Assembly (NCBI GenBank): GCA_036519825.1
Contig: DATDKS010000134.1
Span: 1 to 62,249 of the forward strand
DNA: 62,249 nucleotides
Reading direction: 5' to 3'
DNA from: Nitrososphaera sp.
Lineage (GTDB): Archaea; Thermoproteota; Nitrososphaeria; Nitrososphaerales; Nitrososphaeraceae
Below, one piece after another: positions 28,501 through 36,984 of this stretch (position 1 is its first letter; each line of letters opens with the position of its first letter). The notes beneath the pieces were generated by a model, which saw only the letters and a program-made list of their open reading frames with translations, did no database searches and was not told the origin of the DNA. The translations under genes were made by a program, and so were the position numbers.

Positions 28501-28544
28501 ATTCCTATACTAATTAAACTAAAACGCCAGTACCTGCGTTGCAT
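25521..28544 (-). CDS. CopC-CopD copper uptake protein fused to a YtkA-like domain and a Vgb-like beta-propeller, with C-terminal TM anchor
   Basis: SFA|HPAYVKSAP...SAVDGH (CopC); multi-TM AHAAA...FHDAAAAIWIGG...YGKFLIIK (CopD); SPFDVGQN...PGKWDV (YtkA-like); repeated GNLW/GNVWF/GRIWF blades. Confidence 0.85.
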   Translation of the reverse strand: MQRRYWRFSLISIGILVALFAYSLPNSFAHPAYVKSAPQAFQTVTSSPPSVNVFFTEPIELKYSKISVIGPDGSKVDKNDPHNVDGDTASLGVSLPPGLPDGTYTVSTKVLSAVDGHTLDNAFTFGVGLGTQITGQTAEQQTQDLFSTPAIASRYPGMIGLVMIVGGSFATLWLWKPISRVPWLSDAIAQKKIAIDKAMVKFVIIGVILLLASCVAMILVQANSVGGSIQDAIATKFGNVWLSRMLQSAILAAIAFSVYRKVIKKHQSARRSETLAILILGLAILVTSSLIAHAAATSQIGAIALDFFHDAAAAIWIGGLIFLGFLAAPKILEIADERVKATAISLLIPRFSIIVVVILGVVAITGPLLLYSIESDLSLVLASLYGKFLIIKLSLAGVMLGMGAYSQFAIQKKAVSVVNSGGGGGGGTSMIHTRTPNLKHFGKFLKVEAAVGIGLLLMVTLMANSAVPSGEFPAYQSQEQLAATAAGSSSGGGGGGQANDTSGQTSPLKTDFAQTVYLDDGAKIKLSISPFDVGQNNFKMSFVGADGKPVSSIDSASIKMTQIDKAIGPITIDTNKQSDGVFTSTASFGVPGKWDVIIEGVNSQGSNMIASLDLNVKPQVSNLDFSVNQYRTPTSSMPLFPVFDAERQAIWVGDSLLGSGRIWQLDIATGNYAAHNITGANIVTQTVLAPDGKLWYIDPLAARPNSTLGVYDPNTESQKHFVIPIEGIGTGLTVDSSGNLWVPTSQSNKVVKFIPQTEQFESYDIPTAQAEPVGIMTDSQGNVWFAEAIGKIAKIDVNSGNITEYTPKNGQQALDEPTAIFEDPNNPGTLYISEHTSHTVTAFNTLLGTFHKYPPLDEAGLPFGMTTDSYGNLWVAEHTIDKMAVLDPRTGANREANIPIAGSFIQWITSDDNGRIWFAAQQGNGLGSITITAKPSSSPSPSGNGSGVEQQQQAGASTADKIPQLGFSFAAGAGPGIAAGIVMSALFYAKSSIDLKRNMHAALRQKS

Positions 28545-28594
28545 ATATGCATGTGTGTATTATGTTTCCTCTCTTTTTACTCTTGCTTGTTTTC

Positions 28595-28610
28595 TAGTAC
28601 AAAGTCCGAA
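28595..28610 (-). promoter_or_regulatory. Putative operator TTCGGACTTTGTACTA between divergent copCD and 28656
   Basis: 13/16 identical to 32526-32541; similar to 35311-35326. Confidence 0.45.
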
Positions 28611-28655
28611 CTCTGCCCAAAGATTATAAGTATTGTGAAGGTATTTACAGACTGA

Positions 28656-29387
28656 ATGAGAAGGACTGTCTTGAGGGTTTTGGCCTTGGCTGGTACGCTT
28701 TTATTCGCTTTTTTGGTAAACAGCAGCACCGTTGTACTCCCTGCTTTTGCTCACCAGACTGCAAAGTTTGGCCTTATCAATATTGAAGTAGGCTGGGGAA
28801 ATGAGCCGCCGCTTGCAGGTCAGCTGAATACCATCACAGTAGGAGTTACAAATGCCTCTGACAATAAACCAATTCCGAATGCTGTTGGACAGATTCAGGC
28901 AACCCTAAAAAAAGGTGGTGACACCAAGGCTATTGATTTGTTGCCCCAAGAACAAGAAGGACTGTATGGTGCCGAGGTAATACCAGGACAAATTGGTCAA
29001 TACGAACTCCTTCTTGTGGGCGCAGTCAACGGCCAAAATATAAATGGGTCTGTTCCGCTTGACGATGTGTCAGACCCAAAAGAACTTACATTTCCTTCTA
29101 CGGCAGATTCGGGCAATAGTCAGATAACAAGTGGCATTATAGATCAAGTCAGCAATGCAATAGCAGATCTGTCGACACAGGTTGACGATGCCAAGGCATC
29201 GGCTGACCAAGCGCAGCAGACTGCCCAGAATGCAACGCAAACGGCTCAGAGTATAAAAGTATCAGCAGATGGGGCCTACATGTTTGCGATGATAGCAGTA
29301 GGCATAGGGGTTGCAGGTATTGCTATAGCAGTCGTTGCTTTATCGCGTAGAGAAAGAATAGAAGGGGAAAAAATACGTAGGTATTGA
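28656..29387 (+). CDS. Membrane-anchored secreted protein with predicted mature N-terminal His (candidate Cu-binding)
   Basis: PAFA|HQTAK...EVGWGNEP; coiled-coil-like stalk; C-terminal TM plus RRER; divergent from copCD. Confidence 0.8.
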   Translation: MRRTVLRVLALAGTLLFAFLVNSSTVVLPAFAHQTAKFGLINIEVGWGNEPPLAGQLNTITVGVTNASDNKPIPNAVGQIQATLKKGGDTKAIDLLPQEQEGLYGAEVIPGQIGQYELLLVGAVNGQNINGSVPLDDVSDPKELTFPSTADSGNSQITSGIIDQVSNAIADLSTQVDDAKASADQAQQTAQNATQTAQSIKVSADGAYMFAMIAVGIGVAGIAIAVVALSRRERIEGEKIRRY

Positions 29388-29596
29388 AAGCGAAAGCAAG
29401 TCGGATGTGAATTACTTCCGGCGATCCTGTAGGCACCAACATTGCTAAGCGGACTGCTGCTGCGGCCAACGCTCTAGAGTCATATTGACTGAGACCTGTA
29501 GACAAGCTCGAAACTGCAATTGCCATAAGCTGTTACGGCGGCCACGATGGAATGGGAGGAAGCGGAATGAAAACAAAGAAAAGGTGCAAGGAAAGA

Positions 29597-30619
29597 CTAT
29601 TCTTGCTCTTCCGTACCTGATCTTGCCTCTTCTATTGCTTCTGTCACGTCTACACTCTCTAATCCAACTCCAAATGCGGTATTGAGGTCTGGGTATATCG
29701 TGTCGTAGATGAAAGTAGCGACTCGTGTGTAGCTTGATTTATTGTCAATTAGACTTTTTAGCTCATTTACATCGTCGTATACCTTTGATAGCGCGCTTGA
29801 ATCTGTTGTTGTATTCCCCATTGTAGTAGAAGTGTTGGTGCTACTATCTACAGATGTGATTGTAGAACTATTGATGCCCATAAGAGATTCAATTTGATTC
29901 AACATTTCCTCTGTCATATTCACTAGGCCTTGAGTGCTCTGATAGTCTGCATAGTTAGCTATGTTGGCTGTCATATTATTGCTCATACTTGAGCCGTTGG
30001 TGCTGGTAGCACTGATTTCTGCATTGGTGGACATGTCGATAGGGTCGGTATCAATAGCGGCTGAAGAAGCCGACAAATTCTCTTCTGCTATACCAAGAGC
30101 TTCGCCATATCGCTCAAGAGTTTCATTAAGCAAGTCAGCGACTGCCCACGCGTTTATTGTTGCATTCTTTAGCTCTGTCGGTTCAATGCGGACTGTTAGC
30201 GCTTCGCTTAACAATGCGTCAGTGTCGCTCACTTTTTGTTTGATTGCTGTAATGCCTGTCGTATTGGTGGGAGATAGATTGGTAGTCATATTCTGCAAAT
30301 CGCTCAAGTATTGCGGCAAATCTGTTCCTATCCTTTCGTTTCTCTCAGTTAACTCACTTGTATCGTTTTCACTGAGGTGTTCGGCTGCAATCTTAGCATG
30401 CTCGTTGGCCAGAGAGGCATTAGTCGCCACAGTGCTGTCAACAAGACGGATTTCTGTTCTTAACACTCCGACAGTGGCAATAAATGCTGCACTCTCGTCG
30501 CCTGAAAACGTATGTGCATAGGCCAGTTGTGTGTTGGGATACTGATAGAATAGTAAGCCCAAGACAATTAAGGTGGCCATAGAAGACGCACAAACAAAGC
30601 GTCGTAGTGTATTGTTCAC
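29597..30619 (-). CDS. Secreted helical protein, 'HTFS..ES' family; paralog of 32568..33677
   Basis: AYA|HTFSGDESA, EHAKIA, ELTERNERI, ADYQS. Confidence 0.8.
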   Translation of the reverse strand: MNNTLRRFVCASSMATLIVLGLLFYQYPNTQLAYAHTFSGDESAAFIATVGVLRTEIRLVDSTVATNASLANEHAKIAAEHLSENDTSELTERNERIGTDLPQYLSDLQNMTTNLSPTNTTGITAIKQKVSDTDALLSEALTVRIEPTELKNATINAWAVADLLNETLERYGEALGIAEENLSASSAAIDTDPIDMSTNAEISATSTNGSSMSNNMTANIANYADYQSTQGLVNMTEEMLNQIESLMGINSSTITSVDSSTNTSTTMGNTTTDSSALSKVYDDVNELKSLIDNKSSYTRVATFIYDTIYPDLNTAFGVGLESVDVTEAIEEARSGTEEQE

Positions 30620-30722
30620 GACAATATTTAATTTCGCTCAAACTTAAATCGATTTTCATACATTCTTAGAATTGATGATTAAGTTTGATGTTTTCGAACT
30701 GCTAGGACAGAATTAATTATGA

Positions 30723-30743
30723 TTGTCAGACATATCCTGACAA
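30723..30743. promoter_or_regulatory. Perfect inverted repeat TTGTCAG-N7-CTGACAA in a divergent intergenic region
   Basis: ttgtcag acatatc ctgacaa read directly from the sequence. Confidence 0.4.
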
Positions 30744-30919
30744 AAACAGAAGAATCAAAAAAATTGCGCATTTAATAAAGAGCTCTATCCTTGTATTCTG
30801 CATATTATTCCTTTCACCTGATAAGAGCTCACTAAAATTACCTTTTTATCAAGAGCCATTTTAGTGAATAATTAATCCATATCCTTATCTTGCTTCTAAT
30901 CCTTCTTTGCTCGGTAATT

Positions 30920-32023
30920 ATGAGATCGTCTCTGTCATTGTTGTTATCAGTAATCACAACAGTTGTTATTATATCTCTAACAACTGGCGCTTCCGCTTCT
31001 ATTGTTCTTTTTGATAATCTCTTAATGGCAAATGCACAATCAGAACCACTGACTACTAACCAACCAATAACACAACAAGGAGAAGAAAAAGCGATGATCC
31101 AACAAGGAATAGTAACGTCCTCACCGGATGCGCTACCAGGACATGAAGACCAACAAAGGGCAACGATTTTGCCATTCAGGCAAGATGGCTCTATGTATAC
31201 AGGGGTACTAACCTATACAGCTAGTGAACCAGTAGAGGTTGCGATTCTAAATATGCAAACTTTCAATGAAACCGAGCAATCTATCGTAAATGTCCCCGAA
31301 GATAGCGAGTTTGGATCACTGCTTACAAAGCTTGATAACCAAACCAGTATAGCGATTTCTTATATTACTCCACCCTATGGCGATTCACCAGAACCATCCG
31401 CATCAATTCCATTTGCAGGGAATGCAATTTGGCTTCACACATCAGATGGAACCCCATTTGTTGCATCGTATGCCGTAAGTGCGCAGGTTCTACCAACAGA
31501 GATGATGAATAATATAAGCAGTGGAGCAGCGCCAGTTACTGGGGAACAAGGAGACGAGGGAGAAGATGGCGGAGACGAGGGTACAGCAGGTACAGCCAGT
31601 ACCACGTCTGCGGACACCGTAGGAGGAATTCAAGAAGGAGCCAATGGGGAAACACCACAAAACACCCCAGATGCAGCGGCGGCTGCCGCAACAACCCCTG
31701 ACGCAGGTAACAAAGAAGTAACAGTGAGAATACCCCAAGGTTCTTCAGAGTTGACTGAGAATGCATACGCTCCAAACCCCGTCGAAGTCAATGTAGGCGA
31801 TACTGTAACGTGGATCAATGATGATATAACGCCACATACTGCAACATCAGGATCTTCAAGTTCGGGCTCAACTGGCATGTTCGGTGGGACAGATGACTCT
31901 CCCGAGATTATAGGACCAGACGGTGGCAGGCAGTCATTCACGTTCGACGAAGCTGGTGTGTTCAAGTACTATTGCACACTTCATCCAAACATGGTAGGAA
32001 CTGTCATAGCGACAGAACAATAG
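30920..32023 (+). CDS. Secreted 'LPGHE' domain protein fused to a plastocyanin-like blue copper domain
   Basis: N-domain paralogous to 583..1338; C-terminal PNPVEV.VGDTVTW.N.D..PHT...YYCTLHPNM. Start ATG 30920 (ORF track 30890). Confidence 0.85.
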   Translation: MRSSLSLLLSVITTVVIISLTTGASASIVLFDNLLMANAQSEPLTTNQPITQQGEEKAMIQQGIVTSSPDALPGHEDQQRATILPFRQDGSMYTGVLTYTASEPVEVAILNMQTFNETEQSIVNVPEDSEFGSLLTKLDNQTSIAISYITPPYGDSPEPSASIPFAGNAIWLHTSDGTPFVASYAVSAQVLPTEMMNNISSGAAPVTGEQGDEGEDGGDEGTAGTASTTSADTVGGIQEGANGETPQNTPDAAAAAATTPDAGNKEVTVRIPQGSSELTENAYAPNPVEVNVGDTVTWINDDITPHTATSGSSSSGSTGMFGGTDDSPEIIGPDGGRQSFTFDEAGVFKYYCTLHPNMVGTVIATEQ

Positions 32024-32525
32024 GTTGTTATGATGACATCTTCTGTCTTTCTTTTTGTACGTAACTAGTCCTCTCAATATGCAGCTCTTTTTCCAAGAAC
32101 TTGTTGGGATGATCAAAAGGTTGCCATGTTGGGTGAGAACCGGTGTCACCCCTTAAGCAGGGAAGATTGATCATCATGTTGACAGTTCGCGCCCAAGTCC
32201 AGGGATCATAGATATGCTCTGAAGGAAGAAGAGCATAGGTGAAGGCAAAGGGGATCGCTGCATTATCTGCATAATGAGGTCTTCAGCTGCAATCCACAAT
32301 TGAATCGAGCGCACTTCCAAACGATAAGAACTATAAGCCTCCCTACAAGGAGGCTGGAAGATAGAATTGTGAAAGATATAACGAAAGATCAAAAAATATA
32401 CCATCTACTTACTAGTATGGGGATTCGGCAGTTGGAGACTATAAAATTATCTTTTACGATATCATTAAATGTGCTAACAACTAACAAAAAAAATTTGGCA
32501 TTAATCACAAGAAGGCTATGCAACC

Positions 32526-32541
32526 TTCGGTTATTGTACTA
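32526..32541 (+). promoter_or_regulatory. Putative operator TTCGGTTATTGTACTA, 6 nt upstream of a TTATTA box
   Basis: Same motif-to-TTATTA spacing as at 35311. Confidence 0.45.
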
Positions 32542-32567
32542 AAATGATTATTAATTACTCTTGAGCA

Positions 32568-33677
32568 ATGATGATCGTGATTACAATAAAAATCCCAGTT
32601 ATTTTTTATAGTTGGAGATTTCTTCTCGTGTCTTTAATCCTAGCTAGCTCTTTTATGTTCCCAGCCAGCCGCCTAGTATTTGCCCATACGTTCTCAACCA
32701 ATGAAAGTGCTGAGTTTTTTTCTCTAACCGATCAGATTAGAGCGGAAACGCGGTTAGTGACTATGAATCTGGAAAATAACAATGCAACATTAGCCCAAGC
32801 CCACGCCGAAAAAGCCTCAATTCTTCTGGACAATAATACCCTTGGTGAGATTAGAGAGAGGAATAACAGAATCGCAGACAGTCTGGAAACTGGCTTGAAG
32901 CATTTACAAGGAAATGTAACATCATTATTGGCTTCATCATCGCAAGGCCCGATACCGCAAGATAGAATACAGAACGTAAGCCAGACAGTTATGTCCCTCA
33001 ATGATACCTTGGCAGAGGCTGTAAACGTACGAGTTGAAGGTGAGCAGCAGAAAAATGCAACAACATGGGCATTGGCTCTTGCAGACCTGGTAAATGTTGT
33101 ACTAAGTGATTATGGAAATGCCACAGGTGCATCATTTGACCTCACAAACATGTCCAACATGGAGGGGATGGGAGGAGGAGGAATGGAATTGAACGATACT
33201 ACTAGCAACATGACAATGATGACTAGCGATGAACATGTGCAAATGTCTAGCAATAGTAGCGACGCTAATACGATGACAATGGGGGCAAATGATGCCACTT
33301 CTTCAATGAGCAACAACATGACCGCAAATATAGTTGATGAAGCGGCCTACCAAAGCGCCCAATATTTGGCAAACAATACCATATTACGACTTTTCAATGA
33401 CACACTCAAACCACTTACTATGAGCTCGAACGGGACATCAGCTGACAATAACACCAATGCCACCACGACGACGCAAGAAGGACAGGGTAGTTCAAGTTCA
33501 ACAACTCCAAGTGGCATCATGCCATCAAATATTGACAAGTTAGAAGCAGGTTTGCTACAGCTAAAAGATGACATCAATGGCAAAGCAACTCCAAATGATG
33601 TCATGATGACTGCTCATGTGAACATTCATCCACTTCTGTTGCAAATTTATGGGTTGACTCTAGCTCAAGAACACTGA
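32568..33677 (+). CDS. Secreted helical protein, 'HTFS..ES' family, with Met-rich insert
   Basis: VFA|HTFSTNESA, AHAEKA, EIRERNNRI, AAYQS, MSNMEGMGGGGM...MTMM, MMTAHVNIHP. Confidence 0.8.
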   Translation: MMIVITIKIPVIFYSWRFLLVSLILASSFMFPASRLVFAHTFSTNESAEFFSLTDQIRAETRLVTMNLENNNATLAQAHAEKASILLDNNTLGEIRERNNRIADSLETGLKHLQGNVTSLLASSSQGPIPQDRIQNVSQTVMSLNDTLAEAVNVRVEGEQQKNATTWALALADLVNVVLSDYGNATGASFDLTNMSNMEGMGGGGMELNDTTSNMTMMTSDEHVQMSSNSSDANTMTMGANDATSSMSNNMTANIVDEAAYQSAQYLANNTILRLFNDTLKPLTMSSNGTSADNNTNATTTTQEGQGSSSSTTPSGIMPSNIDKLEAGLLQLKDDINGKATPNDVMMTAHVNIHPLLLQIYGLTLAQEH

Positions 33678-34054
33678 CAAGAACAACATGCAGATCACAT
33701 CAAAGGCCATAGTAGTCCCTGTGATCTTTTTTAAGAAGGATATTGCGATCACAATTCGGCTTATACTAGCTATAGGTTGAATGATGTTTCTAATCCTGAT
33801 ACGAGTGATCCATCTGCCATTTGTTTGCTTATTCTTAATAGACATTAAATTGATCCACACGTTGGATAGCCTTCTTGCTTTTCAAAACATTCTTTATTTC
33901 TTAGGTCAAACATTGAGGAAATATATAAAGTGTACAAACATGTGTCACCTCCTCTAAAAATGAGCGTGAACCAATGTCAGATCGAAGCACGGAAATGTCA
34001 TGTTCAATGTTGTACTACATAATAGAAAGGAGTAGTAATTCTATCTATTAAACA

Positions 34055-34803
34055 ATGGTAGAATGGGATAGTGTTATTGTCGGTTTAGTCCCCGGAGTAC
34101 TCGTAGCAGTTATCCCGGTATTTTTGCTTACACTAGAGAAATCAAAATGAGTCAACTCCAGATGAAAATTAGACAATCTGAATTCGAAAACCAACAAAGG
34201 AAAAAAGTTTGGAATTTGAAAATGAACAGCGAATGAAAAATCTAGAAACCGAACTAGATCTGTCTAGCCAGTACGATGTTAAATTGCGTGAAAGTAGAGT
34301 AGAAGTTTATGGCAAGTTGTGGAAACTGCTTGAACCGTTGGCTAAATATGCGCGTCCACAGCCCGTAAGTTATAAGTTGACTCTGGATCTATGGAAGGGT
34401 TGCCGAGAATGGTATTTCGGAACAGGAGGATTATTCTTGTCTGAAGATGCAAGAACAACCTACTTTCTTTTTATGGATGAAATACAAGGAGTATTAAAAG
34501 AAGCAATAAAAAATCCAGATCAATATGAGATATAGCATTCTTAACATATGATAAATTGGAAGAGATCGTAGAGGATGTACATGACTTGCTCGACAACGGT
34601 AGTTGCAGGAGAATCTGTCATTACCTAGCGAAACCCTTCAAAGGCTTATAGATAGAGGTCATAATTTACGTACAATTCTGGTAGAAGATATAGGAACAAG
34701 AATTGCTCCAGAGCTAAAGTTTGCAGCAGAAAAATCACAACTGATGTCATACCAGAAAATATCTAAAGCTGAGAACAGAGATGGTAGAGAGCCCGGTGTC
34801 TGA
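34055..34803 (+). pseudogene. Multiply frameshifted membrane-anchored hypothetical gene
   Basis: Fragments in successive frames: MVEWDSVIVGLVPGVLVAVIPVF / AYTREIKMSQLQMKIRQSEFENQQRK / LEFENEQ...EVYGKLWKLLEPLAKY...WYFGTGGLFLSE / ...LRTILVEDIGTR. Shifts fall near a T-run (~34121), an A-run (~34201), ~34533 and ~34602. Confidence 0.6.
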
Positions 34804-34957
34804 AGAGGTTACCATAGCCAACTATACCGATAAAGAAAACGTGGATTTGATTGTCGTAGACACAAGGGGAAAATCTGGTCTCAAAAAACTGCTTCTCGGA
34901 AGTGTTGCATCTGGGGTAGTTACATATGCTACAAAGCCGGTACTGGTGGTAAAGTAA
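34745..34957 (+). pseudogene. Truncated universal stress protein (C-terminal half only)
   Basis: Manual translation KLRTEMVESPVSEEVTIANYTDKENVDLIVVDTRGKSGLKKLLLGSVASGVVTYATKPVLVVK*. In-frame TGA at 34742; the canonical G of VVGxRG is replaced by D. Confidence 0.8.
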
Positions 34958-35310
34958 GAATTTCTTTCTTAAGGACACATGCGCCTTTAGAGCTCCCAGA
35001 GGATGAATCTATGACTATGGCCAATTCAAATCACTGCGGGCCAGTCTCAATTAAAATGTCAAAGCTAGCAACTACGGAACCCCTGTATATGATAGGTTCG
35101 AATCCACCTGAACGCTCTTTAGAGGCATACGTAGGAATAGTATCATGAAACTTCGAATTGTTCTCCTTGTTGTTCTAGAGAATAATATATGTAATTCATG
35201 TGATTCATGAGGAGATCAAAAGAGATTGATAGTCGAACGGGTAATAAATGCAATTTAGACTCAGGAATTTATAGTATTAATGAGCTAAATAGCACCTTTT
35301 CTTTTTCTCC

Positions 35311-35326
35311 TTCGGGTAATATACCA
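35311..35326 (+). promoter_or_regulatory. Putative operator TTCGGGTAATATACCA, 6 nt upstream of a TTATTA box
   Basis: Resembles 32526 and 28595; TTATTA at 35333, ATG at 35365. Confidence 0.4.
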
Positions 35327-35364
35327 ATGTCTTTATTAGTCGTTCAAGGCTAACTAGAATTTGG

Positions 35365-35775
35365 ATGCAAAAAGGGTCATCGCGTGCCCCAGTACAGGAC
35401 TCTATAAGCAAGCCCGTCCTCTTAGGGCTTATAGCAGCAGTCGTAGTGGGTGTTGTTGCGCCGCTGGTGGTTCCCCATGCCTCTCATCCTTCAATGATAT
35501 ATCACGTTCTCCTGCATATGGCAGGCCTTACAATAGCCATATTCCTGAGCATTGTGTCATTTCTAGCATATTCAAGAAATACGACTACAAGGATGCTCCT
35601 AATGGCGGTTGGATTCACAACTTTGGTATTGGTTGAGTTCTTCTATCTCCTTCAGGCAGGGGGAATTGAAGTGGTACAATTTAACATTCCCGCGGTTAAT
35701 ATCGAGCTTTCCCACATAATTCTCTTGGCAATGGTCAGCCTCTTTGGGCTTGGAGTATTAAAGGTGACCAAATAG
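35365..35775 (+). CDS. His-containing 4-TM membrane protein
   Basis: Four hydrophobic segments; PHASHPSMIYHVLLHM, ELSH; 1 nt gap to the downstream regulator. Confidence 0.75.
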   Translation: MQKGSSRAPVQDSISKPVLLGLIAAVVVGVVAPLVVPHASHPSMIYHVLLHMAGLTIAIFLSIVSFLAYSRNTTTRMLLMAVGFTTLVLVEFFYLLQAGGIEVVQFNIPAVNIELSHIILLAMVSLFGLGVLKVTK

Positions 35776-35776
35776 C

Positions 35777-36295
35777 ATGCAAACTACAGAACAAGAAGAA
35801 GACACTAAAGTCTTGCTCATGAGGCATATAGAGCAGACTCCGGGAATACGCTACAGAGAGCTTTTGAGGCTGACAGGCCTTATTAATGGTGTTCTTACCC
35901 ATCATCTGGCTGCGCTTGAAAAGGCAAACGTGATAAAAGTCTATAGAGAGTCTAGGCTAACAAGATACTATCCAGTCAGTATCTCCGATAAGGAATCTGC
36001 AATTTTGAAATTTGTTAGGCACGCGCCTATAAGGGAAATATTGCTCTTCATTCTAGAAAATGAGAGGTGCACATTCAATGAAATTGTCGACCACACCGGA
36101 AAGGCTCCTTCGACAGTTTCTTCCCACCTAAAGCGGCTAAAAGAGGCCGGCATTGTTTCAGTCAGGTATGGCGAGTATTATCAGCTCTATTGCATTGTAG
36201 AAGGAGACTTGGTTGCTGAAGTGTTCTCAAAGTATACTGTAAGCTTTCTCGATAAAGTTGTGGATAACTACACTGAGATGCTAGAAGAATTATAA
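35777..36295 (+). CDS. Tandem winged-helix (ArsR-like) transcriptional regulator
   Basis: PGIRYRELLR...GVLTHHL..LEK and TFNEIVDHTGKAPSTVSSHLKRLKEAGIV. Confidence 0.85.
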   Translation: MQTTEQEEDTKVLLMRHIEQTPGIRYRELLRLTGLINGVLTHHLAALEKANVIKVYRESRLTRYYPVSISDKESAILKFVRHAPIREILLFILENERCTFNEIVDHTGKAPSTVSSHLKRLKEAGIVSVRYGEYYQLYCIVEGDLVAEVFSKYTVSFLDKVVDNYTEMLEEL

Positions 36296-36334
36296 AAGCC
36301 AGTATGCACTAGTCAGTAGTAGTAGTAGTAGGAC

Positions 36335-36883
36335 TTGAGATTTGCTGCATCTTTTGCCATATTGCTGGTTGTAGGATTGTTAATATTAGCAGCAGGCGAG
36401 CAGGTGCTCGCAGATTCGTTGAAAGCTGCATCTAAGCAAAGAATAGGCAACTATGATGTTGAAATGACAACAGAGCCAAAAACCCCAACGGCCGGGAATA
36501 GCCCAACTGACATTATGATAAGGATAGCAGGGGTCAATGGTGATGATCTAGTTGATGTACCAGTAATGATGAGGCTAACCAAGGATGGAACTGAACTTCT
36601 GAGGACAAACCCGATAATAGTACCCTATGGCCACTACACTCAAGAATTTACATTTGCCCAGTCTGGCAGATATGTGCTCTATATTGACTTGAATGACTTT
36701 AGCTACAGCGGAGAAACCCTCACGTTTACCTTTTTTATCAATGTTGCAGGCTCATCTGACTATCTGTACATTGCAGCACCTTTAGTCGCAGTGGCAGCTG
36801 TTGTTGGAATAGTCGCAATGATGATTTTTATGAAATCAAAGAAGAAGAAAAGGGAGCAGAAGGCCGGCAGGACAGAACTGTAG
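36335..36883 (+). CDS. Secreted membrane-anchored Ig-like hypothetical protein
   Basis: Signal peptide, GHY...F...GRY, C-terminal TM plus KSKKKKR. Confidence 0.75.
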   Translation: MRFAASFAILLVVGLLILAAGEQVLADSLKAASKQRIGNYDVEMTTEPKTPTAGNSPTDIMIRIAGVNGDDLVDVPVMMRLTKDGTELLRTNPIIVPYGHYTQEFTFAQSGRYVLYIDLNDFSYSGETLTFTFFINVAGSSDYLYIAAPLVAVAAVVGIVAMMIFMKSKKKKREQKAGRTEL

Positions 36884-36984
36884 TAGTACGAGAACAAACC
36901 TGTGGTAGCAGTCCTGCTGGTGGGTGTGGTGTCTCTCTCTCTCTCTCTGCCTTATTCTCGAAATCTGCCACGGAGAGTTGAAAT

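Noticed and set aside
32040..32520. Short ORFs between the cupredoxin fusion and the HTFS paralog
   Set aside because: No coherent frame or recognisable domain; may be decayed sequence.
35095..35105. GGTTCGAATCC, resembling a tRNA T-loop or att site
   Set aside because: Flanks form only 2 bp of T-stem; no acceptor, D or anticodon arms are recognisable.
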